DNA from: a virus
IMG/VR virus record: IMGVR_UViG_3300045199_000074
Strand: one strand, 5' to 3'
DNA length: 64,000 nt
Each line of letters begins with the position of its first letter. Within the stretch, counting starts at the first letter, position 1. The notes below the pieces were generated by a model. It was not told the origin of the DNA. It ran no database searches and worked only from the letters and a program-made list of their open reading frames with translations. A program made the translations under genes and the position numbers. This document shows positions 56,552 through 64,000 of the stretch, piece by piece.

Positions 56552-56627
56552 GCCATTGTAGCTCAGTTGGTAGAGCACCGCACTGAAGATGCGGGTGTCG
56601 GCGGTTCGAATCCGCCCGATGGCACCA
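56552..56627 (+). tRNA. tRNA-Phe(GAA)
   Basis: ccgca-ctGAAga-tgcgg, 76 nt, CCA. Confidence 0.96.
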
Positions 56628-56679
56628 GATCTTTCCTTTTGGTTTTTGGACGTTTCCAAGGCGTCCTTAAATTAAGATT

Positions 56680-56757
56680 GCGTTTGTAGCTCAGCCGGAA
56701 AAGAGCGTCGGTCTACGAAACCGAAGGTCACAGGTTCGAATCCTGTCAAACGCACCA
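56680..56757 (+). tRNA. tRNA-Arg(ACG)
   Basis: tcggt-ctACGaa-accga, CCA. Confidence 0.96.
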
Positions 56758-56760
56758 TTT

Positions 56761-56837
56761 GCGACTGTAGCTCAATGGACAGAGCATCTCGCTCCGAACG
56801 GGAAGGTAGGTGAGTTCGAATCTCCTCAGTCGCACCA
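56761..56837 (+). tRNA. tRNA-Arg(CCG)
   Basis: tctcg-ctCCGaa-cggga, CCA. Confidence 0.95.
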
Positions 56838-56842
56838 TCATC

Positions 56843-57025
56843 TCAGCTGGGCAGTGCTTCTTTTAAAAATCCGTGAGTATAAACGCCGCCTCGTTTGTCC
56901 CTCCGCGCCTTGATATCGGCATTCCGTTGCGTTTGATTTATCTTAATCAGAGAATCTACCAAGAATTCGAATGAAGCACAAAGCTCGTGTCCCTCCGATC
57001 GACTTTCACGGTTATGTGTTTTCAA
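56843..57025 (-). CDS. Small hypothetical protein containing repeat copy 2 (56880-56958)
   Basis: 60-aa ORF; a disrupted paralog lies at about 37000-37130. Confidence 0.45.
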   Translation of the reverse strand: MKTHNRESRSEGHELCASFEFLVDSLIKINQTQRNADIKARRDKRGGVYTHGFLKEALPS

Positions 57026-57172
57026 TGACTAAGTGCATCCGCACTTCTTATCAGCCTTGCAGGATTAGCGATGTTATCTTGATGACAACGTCTTGCTAGA
57101 TTTTCTACATATCGGAAACATAATGACAATGGGCAATCTAATCGCTATTTTGGGATATGAATCGGAAAGGTA

Positions 57173-58327
57173 TTGGGTGGGAGTATGTTTCGTATTATTA
57201 TTGCGGCAGTATTTGCGCTTTGCTCAGCGACCTTCTCATATGCGAAATCTGAACGTTCGAAAGATGGTCTGGAATATTTGGGCCTAAGCAGAGTCCCGGA
57301 GACGGGAGAAATCAAGGAAATCTTCCTAGAGTCCTCTGAACCCACCAGTGAAAAAAACGCATTTTTTATCACTTACCGGAATTATTCATCATCAACCGCA
57401 ATTCAAAACTTGTCGGCAGTTGTATATTGCGATGACAAAAACCCGAGGATTGTCACTGAACTTGCTTCAGGGACAATAAAGCCCGATTTAACTCAAAGTC
57501 AGGATGCTGATACACGGATGTATGATCGTGTATGCGGTAAATCCACTTACAAGCGGTGGCCTGCTCCTTCTCAGACTTTGCAGAATGGCCCCGTGCAACT
57601 ATGGGGCGTTGATAATAATGTTAGACGTGTAGCACTAGATTCAAAAAGCAACGTCACAAACCTATTCAAGATTGAAAACCTTGAAGCATTCAAAAATTAT
57701 CTATTCTTTTGTAATAACGATTACCCCTCAATGGTGCTAATAAATGAAAACAATCGAGTGATGGGTTACGAAGAAATTTCCCGGTTAGCCAATTCAAAGA
57801 ACGATGTTGAATTTAAACGAGGTAGGGTTATTTCAACAACTATCTCAAAGGTGTGTCCGAACGTCACTTCGTTAAGCGATTTCGTGTTGAGCAAGGACGA
57901 ATTCTTTAGCGTCATTCAAAAAGATCCCGATGGATCACAGCCGCCAGTGTCGTTTCCAAATGCACTGTATGGGAATTCCGATGGAACACCCCAAGGGACT
58001 GTTCGCTCGGTGTATGGGCAATATCTGCTCGCGAAGGTGACTTGCGAAAATGATGCAGAAGGTGAATATCGTCTAGATGAGTTGCGCGGTCGGATGACCG
58101 AATTTGACAAATGGGTCAATTCTCAGGGGCTTGATGGAGCCCGTCTCTGGAAGGAAGCCGCCGCCGCTTCTGAAAAGAACATTTTTCATCTGGGTGCCAG
58201 AATGAACAGCATGCTTCCCGATGAGTTGCAGGCAGCTAGCAACTGTAGAAGCGTCGTCAATTTGGCGATGTCCGCAGTGAACGACGTTTTGCGTGGATCA
58301 GGCGGGAGCGTGGAGAAGGATTTCTAA
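57173..58327 (+). CDS. Secreted multidomain hypothetical protein
   Basis: Signal peptide MFRIIIAAVFALCSATFSYA. Confidence 0.75.
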   Translation: MGGSMFRIIIAAVFALCSATFSYAKSERSKDGLEYLGLSRVPETGEIKEIFLESSEPTSEKNAFFITYRNYSSSTAIQNLSAVVYCDDKNPRIVTELASGTIKPDLTQSQDADTRMYDRVCGKSTYKRWPAPSQTLQNGPVQLWGVDNNVRRVALDSKSNVTNLFKIENLEAFKNYLFFCNNDYPSMVLINENNRVMGYEEISRLANSKNDVEFKRGRVISTTISKVCPNVTSLSDFVLSKDEFFSVIQKDPDGSQPPVSFPNALYGNSDGTPQGTVRSVYGQYLLAKVTCENDAEGEYRLDELRGRMTEFDKWVNSQGLDGARLWKEAAAASEKNIFHLGARMNSMLPDELQAASNCRSVVNLAMSAVNDVLRGSGGSVEKDF

Positions 58328-58360
58328 GCGCAATATCACGTCGGTCATCCGTGAAGCGGA

Positions 58361-59371
58361 TTGTGGGGGAACATGAACAGGCACATTATTTTTGTAATCG
58401 CAGGCGCTCTGCTCGCCAGCTCGTCGAGTATGAGCGTAGCAAAGGAATGGTGGCAGGATACTTTCATAAAAGAGGGCAGCGGAACCTGCGAGGCTAACGA
58501 TAGCATTCGAACTTTCACGGCCAAGGAACTCAATGGATGGGAAATGTTCTGTAGAATTACGAAGCAGCAGAAAATCAATAATATTGATGCCGTAATTCTT
58601 GATTATGAGTGCGGCGGCAATGACATGGACCCAGAGGTCACGACGCCGCGTGAACTGATCGTAAAAGAGCGAGATGGAATCCGCATTTACCCGTCGATTC
58701 CAGAAGGCGGGAAGTTTCAGGCCTGTAGCACCAGAAAAAACGGTGATGCCCAGACAACAGGTAATGACTCCGAAAACGCACCGGTAAAGAAGCGTGAAGA
58801 GCGTCTTGCGATCACCAACAATTGGTATCACCTAGAGGGTCAAGACCCTGAAGGGTTTAAAATTTTCCGGAAATATACTGTCGATACCAGTGCCAAAATC
58901 CCTAATCGCAATCTTCTAATGTTACGATGCTCTAAGACGAATGCCTCTTCATATCTGACAGTTTTCGTTCCGTATCGGTTCGATCTTCCCGCTTTATACG
59001 GTCAGCAGAAGATTGCAAAAAAGCGATTCATGTTCGTGGTTACCGATGCCAACGGCATATCACATACATTCAATATGTATGGCGAAGTGGACCAGAACCA
59101 GATTTATTTTGATTACAGTGAAGACGATCAGGGAAACTTCGACAAACTTCTAAACGCGAGCATCGCCATATTGTATCTGCAGGATCAGAACGTGCCTATG
59201 CAATGGGTCGAGTTGGGTGACACTAAAGCATGGCCGTCCATTGCAGACAGTAACGTGAAAATGGATTTTGATACGTGGACAAAGGATATCTTGGATAGGG
59301 TTGGCAAAACGACAGCTTTAACGAATGCTGAGTTTCAAAAAGCTTGTCCAGAAGTCAGTTTGTCCAATTAA
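58361..59371 (+). CDS. Secreted hypothetical protein
   Basis: Signal peptide after MNRH. Confidence 0.75.
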   Translation: MWGNMNRHIIFVIAGALLASSSSMSVAKEWWQDTFIKEGSGTCEANDSIRTFTAKELNGWEMFCRITKQQKINNIDAVILDYECGGNDMDPEVTTPRELIVKERDGIRIYPSIPEGGKFQACSTRKNGDAQTTGNDSENAPVKKREERLAITNNWYHLEGQDPEGFKIFRKYTVDTSAKIPNRNLLMLRCSKTNASSYLTVFVPYRFDLPALYGQQKIAKKRFMFVVTDANGISHTFNMYGEVDQNQIYFDYSEDDQGNFDKLLNASIAILYLQDQNVPMQWVELGDTKAWPSIADSNVKMDFDTWTKDILDRVGKTTALTNAEFQKACPEVSLSN

Positions 59372-60036
59372 TTCGGCTGAATTGCCGTCTCATCTCCCGG
59401 CCAACTACTTGAATTGATCTGACGGTCGACTCGATACATCTGGAGTTCGCCGTCCAGGTGCTGTTTCAGCAACTCCTTGGCATCGGGAACCGAGTTCGAG
59501 GGGTCGATCCAAGCTTCATAGACGTCGGGACGTAGGATGACTGGCATCCTAGTGTGGATAGATGAGATCGGCTTGACTGGTAGAGCGGTCAAAATGGTGC
59601 AAGAGCTGATGCCAAGAGGTTCATTCGTCGCCCAGAGCCCTGCAAACGAGAACGGTCTAGGCTCTGGCAGATGGATATGCCAAGGGTCGCGACCGCCATC
59701 TTTTGCATTCTTTGTCCATTCATAAAAGCCGTCTGCCGGGATCAGGCACCTTTTCGATTTGAAGGCTTCACGAAACATGGGTTTCTTGTCGGCTTCCTCG
59801 CTCTTGGCATTAAACGTCGAAAAATTCCCGAGCTCCTTGGCCCAAAACGGAACGAGGCCCCACCTGCCCTCTCTCAGTTTCATGCCGTCATCTGAATGTG
59901 TGACGAACAGGACATCCTGGGTTGGACAGATATTGTATCGAGGCTGGGTATTGCGTGCCTGATGAGCAGTCAGTGTCAGATTATAGAGACGATTAATCTC
60001 GGACCAGGGCAGGTAAAGAGTATATCGACCGCACAT
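59368..60036 (-). CDS. SOS response-associated peptidase (SRAP/YedK family)
   Basis: N-terminal MCGRY, RYNICPTQ, WGLVPFW, FNAKSE, RCLIPADGFYEW, IHTRMPVIL. Confidence 0.95.
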   Translation of the reverse strand: MCGRYTLYLPWSEINRLYNLTLTAHQARNTQPRYNICPTQDVLFVTHSDDGMKLREGRWGLVPFWAKELGNFSTFNAKSEEADKKPMFREAFKSKRCLIPADGFYEWTKNAKDGGRDPWHIHLPEPRPFSFAGLWATNEPLGISSCTILTALPVKPISSIHTRMPVILRPDVYEAWIDPSNSVPDAKELLKQHLDGELQMYRVDRQINSSSWPGDETAIQPN

Positions 60037-60141
60037 TAGTTTCGATCCCTTAATATCGAGTTCTGCAATCATACCGTGTCGGAAAGTGTTGAAAATATTG
60101 TTAGCTAAGATAAATTCCAACGCGGGTTTGGAGTTAGAATC

Positions 60142-60471
60142 ATGAAATTTGCTTCCGCAATCGGACTTATGCTGTTCGCGACTATAGCGACATCTGCACT
60201 GGCGCAATCTTTACCACGTTATGATCCCGCAATGTATTGCAAAGGCGTGTCGGACTTCAGCGGCGGATCATCCGTCGTTTACAAAGGATGTATTGAGCTG
60301 GAGCAGAACTCTTACAATGAGCTGAAACCCAAATGGGCTGCTCTCTCGTCAAAGACACGAAATCACTGTGAGGAAGTTGCTCGATACAGTGATGGCTCTT
60401 ATGTCATCCTGAAGGGCTGTGTCGACATGGAAGCTGATGCGGACGCATCCACACCAGAATTCAAGTTTTGA
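60142..60471 (+). CDS. Small secreted Cys-containing protein
   Basis: Signal peptide ending ALA-QS. Confidence 0.75.
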   Translation: MKFASAIGLMLFATIATSALAQSLPRYDPAMYCKGVSDFSGGSSVVYKGCIELEQNSYNELKPKWAALSSKTRNHCEEVARYSDGSYVILKGCVDMEADADASTPEFKF

Positions 60472-61091
60472 AAGAGCGCGATATGAAAATGATCAGTTTC
60501 GCCATTACGATATCGGCCGCAACGCTTGTTTCTGGATCAGCGCAAGCTGAGGAACATCTCTGGGTCAAAGTCGAAGCTGTCGAGCGCAAAACCTGTCCGA
60601 GCGTTAAGTGTGGAACAGTCGGAAACCTGTCCTTCCGTGAATCGGTGAAAGTCTTGGAAACACGAAATGGATGGGGCCGCGTAACCCATTTTTATGATGC
60701 CTCGTGCTCAGGCGGCAAATCCCAGTATGTGGATTCAGGGCGAGCGGTATGTGACAAATCCAATGGGATTGTTGGCGGCAAGTTTGCCGAATGGGTCAAA
60801 ATGGATGGCTTATCAAAAGACAGACCACCTAAGCCCGAAGCAGGTAGTTCAGCTATTGAACAGGCGTTGAAGGATTCCGACAGATACGAAGAACACAGGG
60901 ACCGTTTCATCACGGTAGCTGAAGAATTAATAGCCTCAGGCCAATGCACGCTGCAAGACTTTATTGATGAGGGTGGCTGGATGCGCTCGACACAAAAAAG
61001 CAGAGGTGTCGGTATTTACTTTACCTATTGCAACGGAGGCGCGAAACGAGTCTATCTCGACGTGAACACGGGTAAGGTTTCCACGAACTAA
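60468..61091 (+). CDS. Secreted protein with an SH3-like domain
   Basis: RKTCPSVKCGTVGNL...VKVLE..NGWGRV; signal peptide. Confidence 0.7.
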   Translation: MKERDMKMISFAITISAATLVSGSAQAEEHLWVKVEAVERKTCPSVKCGTVGNLSFRESVKVLETRNGWGRVTHFYDASCSGGKSQYVDSGRAVCDKSNGIVGGKFAEWVKMDGLSKDRPPKPEAGSSAIEQALKDSDRYEEHRDRFITVAEELIASGQCTLQDFIDEGGWMRSTQKSRGVGIYFTYCNGGAKRVYLDVNTGKVSTN

Positions 61092-61150
61092 TCGGCGTGT
61101 GCTGCTGAACGCGCTTTAGCAAATACAAGCTGGACTATTTTAGGTGGCAA

Positions 61151-61528
61151 ATGCTGAATAAAAAGCTGAAACTTTTAAGCCAATTAAAAACGGATATAAT
61201 CGAACTGCGAGAGCGCATTCAGAAACTTGAAGGCGAGATCGCGGTCGAGATGTGTCCGATTAAGATTGAGGATGCTATTACAATCAATGATGACGGCAAA
61301 ATCTATCGTGGTATCGTGAAAGAAGTAGGTACCCTCTATTCACCGTACGATCTAGTTAACCCAACAGTAGATAACGTGCCAACTTGGCGGGTTCGGGGAG
61401 TGCGAATAAATAAGGGAAGTGGGGAACCTGGCAAGCGAAACTTTGAACTGCTGGGAAATCGCGCAGAACTTTTAAACGGCGTCTGGGTTATTAAAGTCAA
61501 TTTGCCAGAATTTTTTTTCAATACATAA
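61151..61528 (+). CDS. Hypothetical protein
   Basis: AGGTGG RBS; 125 aa. Confidence 0.7.
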   Translation: MLNKKLKLLSQLKTDIIELRERIQKLEGEIAVEMCPIKIEDAITINDDGKIYRGIVKEVGTLYSPYDLVNPTVDNVPTWRVRGVRINKGSGEPGKRNFELLGNRAELLNGVWVIKVNLPEFFFNT

Positions 61529-61551
61529 ACTGAAGTTTTTAAATACAAAGC

Positions 61552-61573
61552 GTGCGGGAAATAAATCCCGCAC
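61552..61573. terminator. Hairpin between convergent genes
   Basis: gtgcggga / tcccgcac. Confidence 0.6.
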
Positions 61574-61575
61574 CT

Positions 61576-61932
61576 TTACCAAATACTGGTCAAATCGCCG
61601 CGACGATGAACGATTGAATAGGACTTGCAGCCCTTTCGATTAAAGAAGACGGCTCTGTCGTCTTTCCCCGTGTAAACAATGACATGGTCGGCTTTCAGAA
61701 GAGAGTCGTTATCTGTTTTGCATGACTTAGCACCGCACCACATTTTCGAGTATGCTTGAACAAATTCCAGCACATCGCGATTGTTGTCCCCTTCGTAATC
61801 CTCAACATAACCCAATTTCATCATGTTGTCGGAAACTTGGCTCATAGTTCGACAACTCGCGTTTGCATAGCTTGTGACGGCAATCATCGAAATTGCGGTC
61901 GAAATCACCAGTTTTTTCATATTGGCCCCCAA
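61576..61932 (-). CDS. Small secreted protein
   Basis: Signal peptide MKKLVISTAISMIAVTSYANA. Confidence 0.7.
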   Translation of the reverse strand: MGANMKKLVISTAISMIAVTSYANASCRTMSQVSDNMMKLGYVEDYEGDNNRDVLEFVQAYSKMWCGAKSCKTDNDSLLKADHVIVYTGKDDRAVFFNRKGCKSYSIVHRRGDLTSIW

Positions 61933-62087
61933 TTGCCATTGAACCTAATAACGCAATCATCACGCGTGGTCGGACATAACTTTGAATCTGAAATTTTTGC
62001 AATCCAAATTCTACTGGAACCGCTATGACACTTGACCGCACTAAATTACCTAATTACCTGTCAAAGACCGAAATTTGCTTAGGACAT

Positions 62088-63365
62088 TCAAACCGAGACG
62101 ACCGGGAGTTCAGATAGTCTAGTTGTATAACGGGGAGACCTCATTGTAGCCTTCTCTTCGAAATCACCTTTGAACCCTTCTGAACCAAGCAATAGCGTCT
62201 TTTTTCCCCAACGGTCATTCACCGCATCGAGCGCAGTCATCAACCGTGCATCCCTCGGGCGCTCGACCTCAAAAAGCATCGCAGGCGCTTTCTCGGCCGC
62301 GATCAGATCATCAATCATGACGCCCGCTTTCGTGTAAGCATATCCGTTACCTGACGGATCGCCTTTCCAGCCCTTACGCACACAAAGCAGCGCTGCTTGC
62401 ACGAGGTCGAACGTGTCATTGCTCATTGGTTTAAGGTGGACGGTTCTCGATACCGAGTGGCGCGGAGCGGTTGGTGAAAACAGGCTGGTGTGAAAGAAGA
62501 CGGTTACCTGCCCAGCGACGAGACCATGGTGTCTCAGTTTCTCGGCCGCACGAGTAGCATGAGCGGTCACCGCCTGCGCGACAGCGTCGAGAGACGTCAT
62601 GGGCGATCCAGACGATCTGGTGACAGCCATTCCCTTCCGTTGCGGTGCCACTTCTTCGAGTTCAAGGCAACTAACACCTTGCAGTTCGGCAACGAGACGT
62701 TCCAGAACAACAGTGCCGATCTTTCGTGCCTGTGGCATCGGCATATCGCGGAGTTGGGTAGCCGTACTGATCCGGATAGCTTTCAGTTTGGCCTCGGTTC
62801 GGCTTCCCACGCCCCAGACTTCTCCGACATCAATGCGATCCATGCACCAGGTTCGAACTTGTTCATCCATGAAATCGCAGACACCACCAAAAATCGGATT
62901 CTTCTTGGCGGCGAAGTTGGCCAGCTTTGCTAGCGTCTTCGTTGGCGCAATTCCGACACATGTTGGAATGCCTGTGACCTCGCGGACGGCCATACGCATC
63001 TCAGTTGACTGTCTGACAGGATCATTAAAGCCATCTAGGTCGACGAACGTTTCATCGACACTGTAATTCTCTATCACAGGCGAGAAACCGCCAATGGTTT
63101 CGACAACACGGCGGCTCATATCGCCATAAAGACTATAATTGGACGAAAGTGTGCGAATTCCGTGTTGCTTTACAAGATCGCGAATTTGGAACAGCGGGAC
63201 GCCCATCTTTATGCCAAGCGACTTCGCTTCTTCGGATCTTGCAACAGCGCATCCATCATTATTGGAAAGCACGATCACAGGGACGCCGACGAGCCGTTGA
63301 TCGAAAACGCGTTCACAACTTACGTAGAAATTATTGCAATCAATCAACGCTATACGTGAGGTCAT
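62088..63365 (-). CDS. umuC: Y-family DNA polymerase V subunit UmuC
   Basis: [50 protein letters not shown]. Confidence 0.96.
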   Translation of the reverse strand: MTSRIALIDCNNFYVSCERVFDQRLVGVPVIVLSNNDGCAVARSEEAKSLGIKMGVPLFQIRDLVKQHGIRTLSSNYSLYGDMSRRVVETIGGFSPVIENYSVDETFVDLDGFNDPVRQSTEMRMAVREVTGIPTCVGIAPTKTLAKLANFAAKKNPIFGGVCDFMDEQVRTWCMDRIDVGEVWGVGSRTEAKLKAIRISTATQLRDMPMPQARKIGTVVLERLVAELQGVSCLELEEVAPQRKGMAVTRSSGSPMTSLDAVAQAVTAHATRAAEKLRHHGLVAGQVTVFFHTSLFSPTAPRHSVSRTVHLKPMSNDTFDLVQAALLCVRKGWKGDPSGNGYAYTKAGVMIDDLIAAEKAPAMLFEVERPRDARLMTALDAVNDRWGKKTLLLGSEGFKGDFEEKATMRSPRYTTRLSELPVVSV

Positions 63366-63796
63366 TCAACTGCATACCTTCTGACGACACCCGCTACTAC
63401 ACCCCATATTTCGGTGCTTTCAGTGACTAGGATCGGGGTAAAGTCCCTGCCTTTCGATTTCGGATCGAGCCAGTATCGACCGTCTCTTTTTGCCAACTTC
63501 TTTACGGTCACGTTGCCATCTACGACTGCCAGTACGATTCTGCCGACACGCTTTTTCCCTGCTCTGTCAACGGCAATCAGATCTCCATCATGAATACCTT
63601 CGTCCATCAGGCTTTCACCAGAGACCCGCCACCAGAAGGTCGCTGACGGGTGACGGACGACCCATGCGATTGGATCGATCTCGTCCTCTTCGTGGTCGGC
63701 AGTCGGCGACGGAAAACCAGCTGGCACACGAATTGACGCCAACGGAAGCAATCGCTGCACGTAAGAAACCGAAACTGGCGACAAGGTAGTCATCAT
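63362..63796 (-). CDS. umuD: UmuD-like S24 peptidase
   Basis: VPAGFPSP (A-G cleavage site), VSGESL (catalytic Ser), GI..GD, TVKKL (catalytic Lys), WGVV; overlaps the umuC start. Confidence 0.92.
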   Translation of the reverse strand: MMTTLSPVSVSYVQRLLPLASIRVPAGFPSPTADHEEDEIDPIAWVVRHPSATFWWRVSGESLMDEGIHDGDLIAVDRAGKKRVGRIVLAVVDGNVTVKKLAKRDGRYWLDPKSKGRDFTPILVTESTEIWGVVAGVVRRYAVE

Positions 63797-64000
63797 TCGC
63801 CGCCTTTTGCCGCTGCGTAGGAGTTCTTTGAAGGCTTTTGGGGGTCGGCGACGTCTAACGAACTGCCTTTGATGGCTGCAAACCAAGCGATTTCTACGGC
63901 TCTGGCCGCCTCACGCGGAGATGGTTCAAACCCTGTCAGCGCTCCGATGCCTTCACGTCGGATTTGTTCTCCAGCGGCTGTCAGCGCCCACGACCATCCG

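Noticed and set aside
63796-64000. LexA box upstream of umuD
   Set aside because: No GTTC-N7-GTTC or GAAC-N7-GAAC found within the window; the promoter may lie outside it.
1-64000. CRISPR array, rRNA, or phage structural genes
   Set aside because: No regularly spaced direct repeats, rRNA or capsid/tail/terminase motifs seen, so plasmid versus phage cannot be decided from this window.

Overview
A low-GC (visually mid-40s %), gene-dense segment of a large alphaproteobacterial (Hyphomicrobiales-like) accessory replicon, either a megaplasmid or a jumbo-phage-like element; no virion or T4SS core genes lie in this window. It carries its own copies of host-type housekeeping genes (gyrA, trpS, rpsU/bS21, lolA, a ClpA/B-like ATPase, a CPA1 Na+/H+ antiporter, the F1Fo ATPase zeta inhibitor and TraR/DksA). 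It also has cell-wall enzymes, a tyrosine recombinase, a C5 DNA methyltransferase with a pseudo-MTase partner, a strawberry-notch-like helicase, a PcfJ-like protein, an SRAP + umuDC cassette and many hypothetical genes. There are three tRNA clusters (19 tRNA genes plus a tmRNA-like RNA and three CCA-ending tRNA-like RNAs). The main discovery is that each tRNA cluster is preceded by a promoter, a short leader ORF and an intrinsic terminator, and the codon run in each leader matches the anticodon set of its own cluster: Ser/Gln leader with Ser x4 + Gln x3 tRNAs; Leu/Pro/His/Tyr leader with Leu x5, Pro x2, His and Tyr tRNAs; Arg/Phe leaders with Arg-ACG, Arg-CCG and Phe tRNAs. Alternative antiterminator pairings are visible, and trpS has a Trp-Trp leader as well. 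This looks like ribosome-mediated attenuation that switches on element tRNA operons only when the cognate charged tRNAs run short. I know of no described tRNA operons regulated this way, but I could not search the literature. All family assignments are from motif recognition by eye, not database searches.
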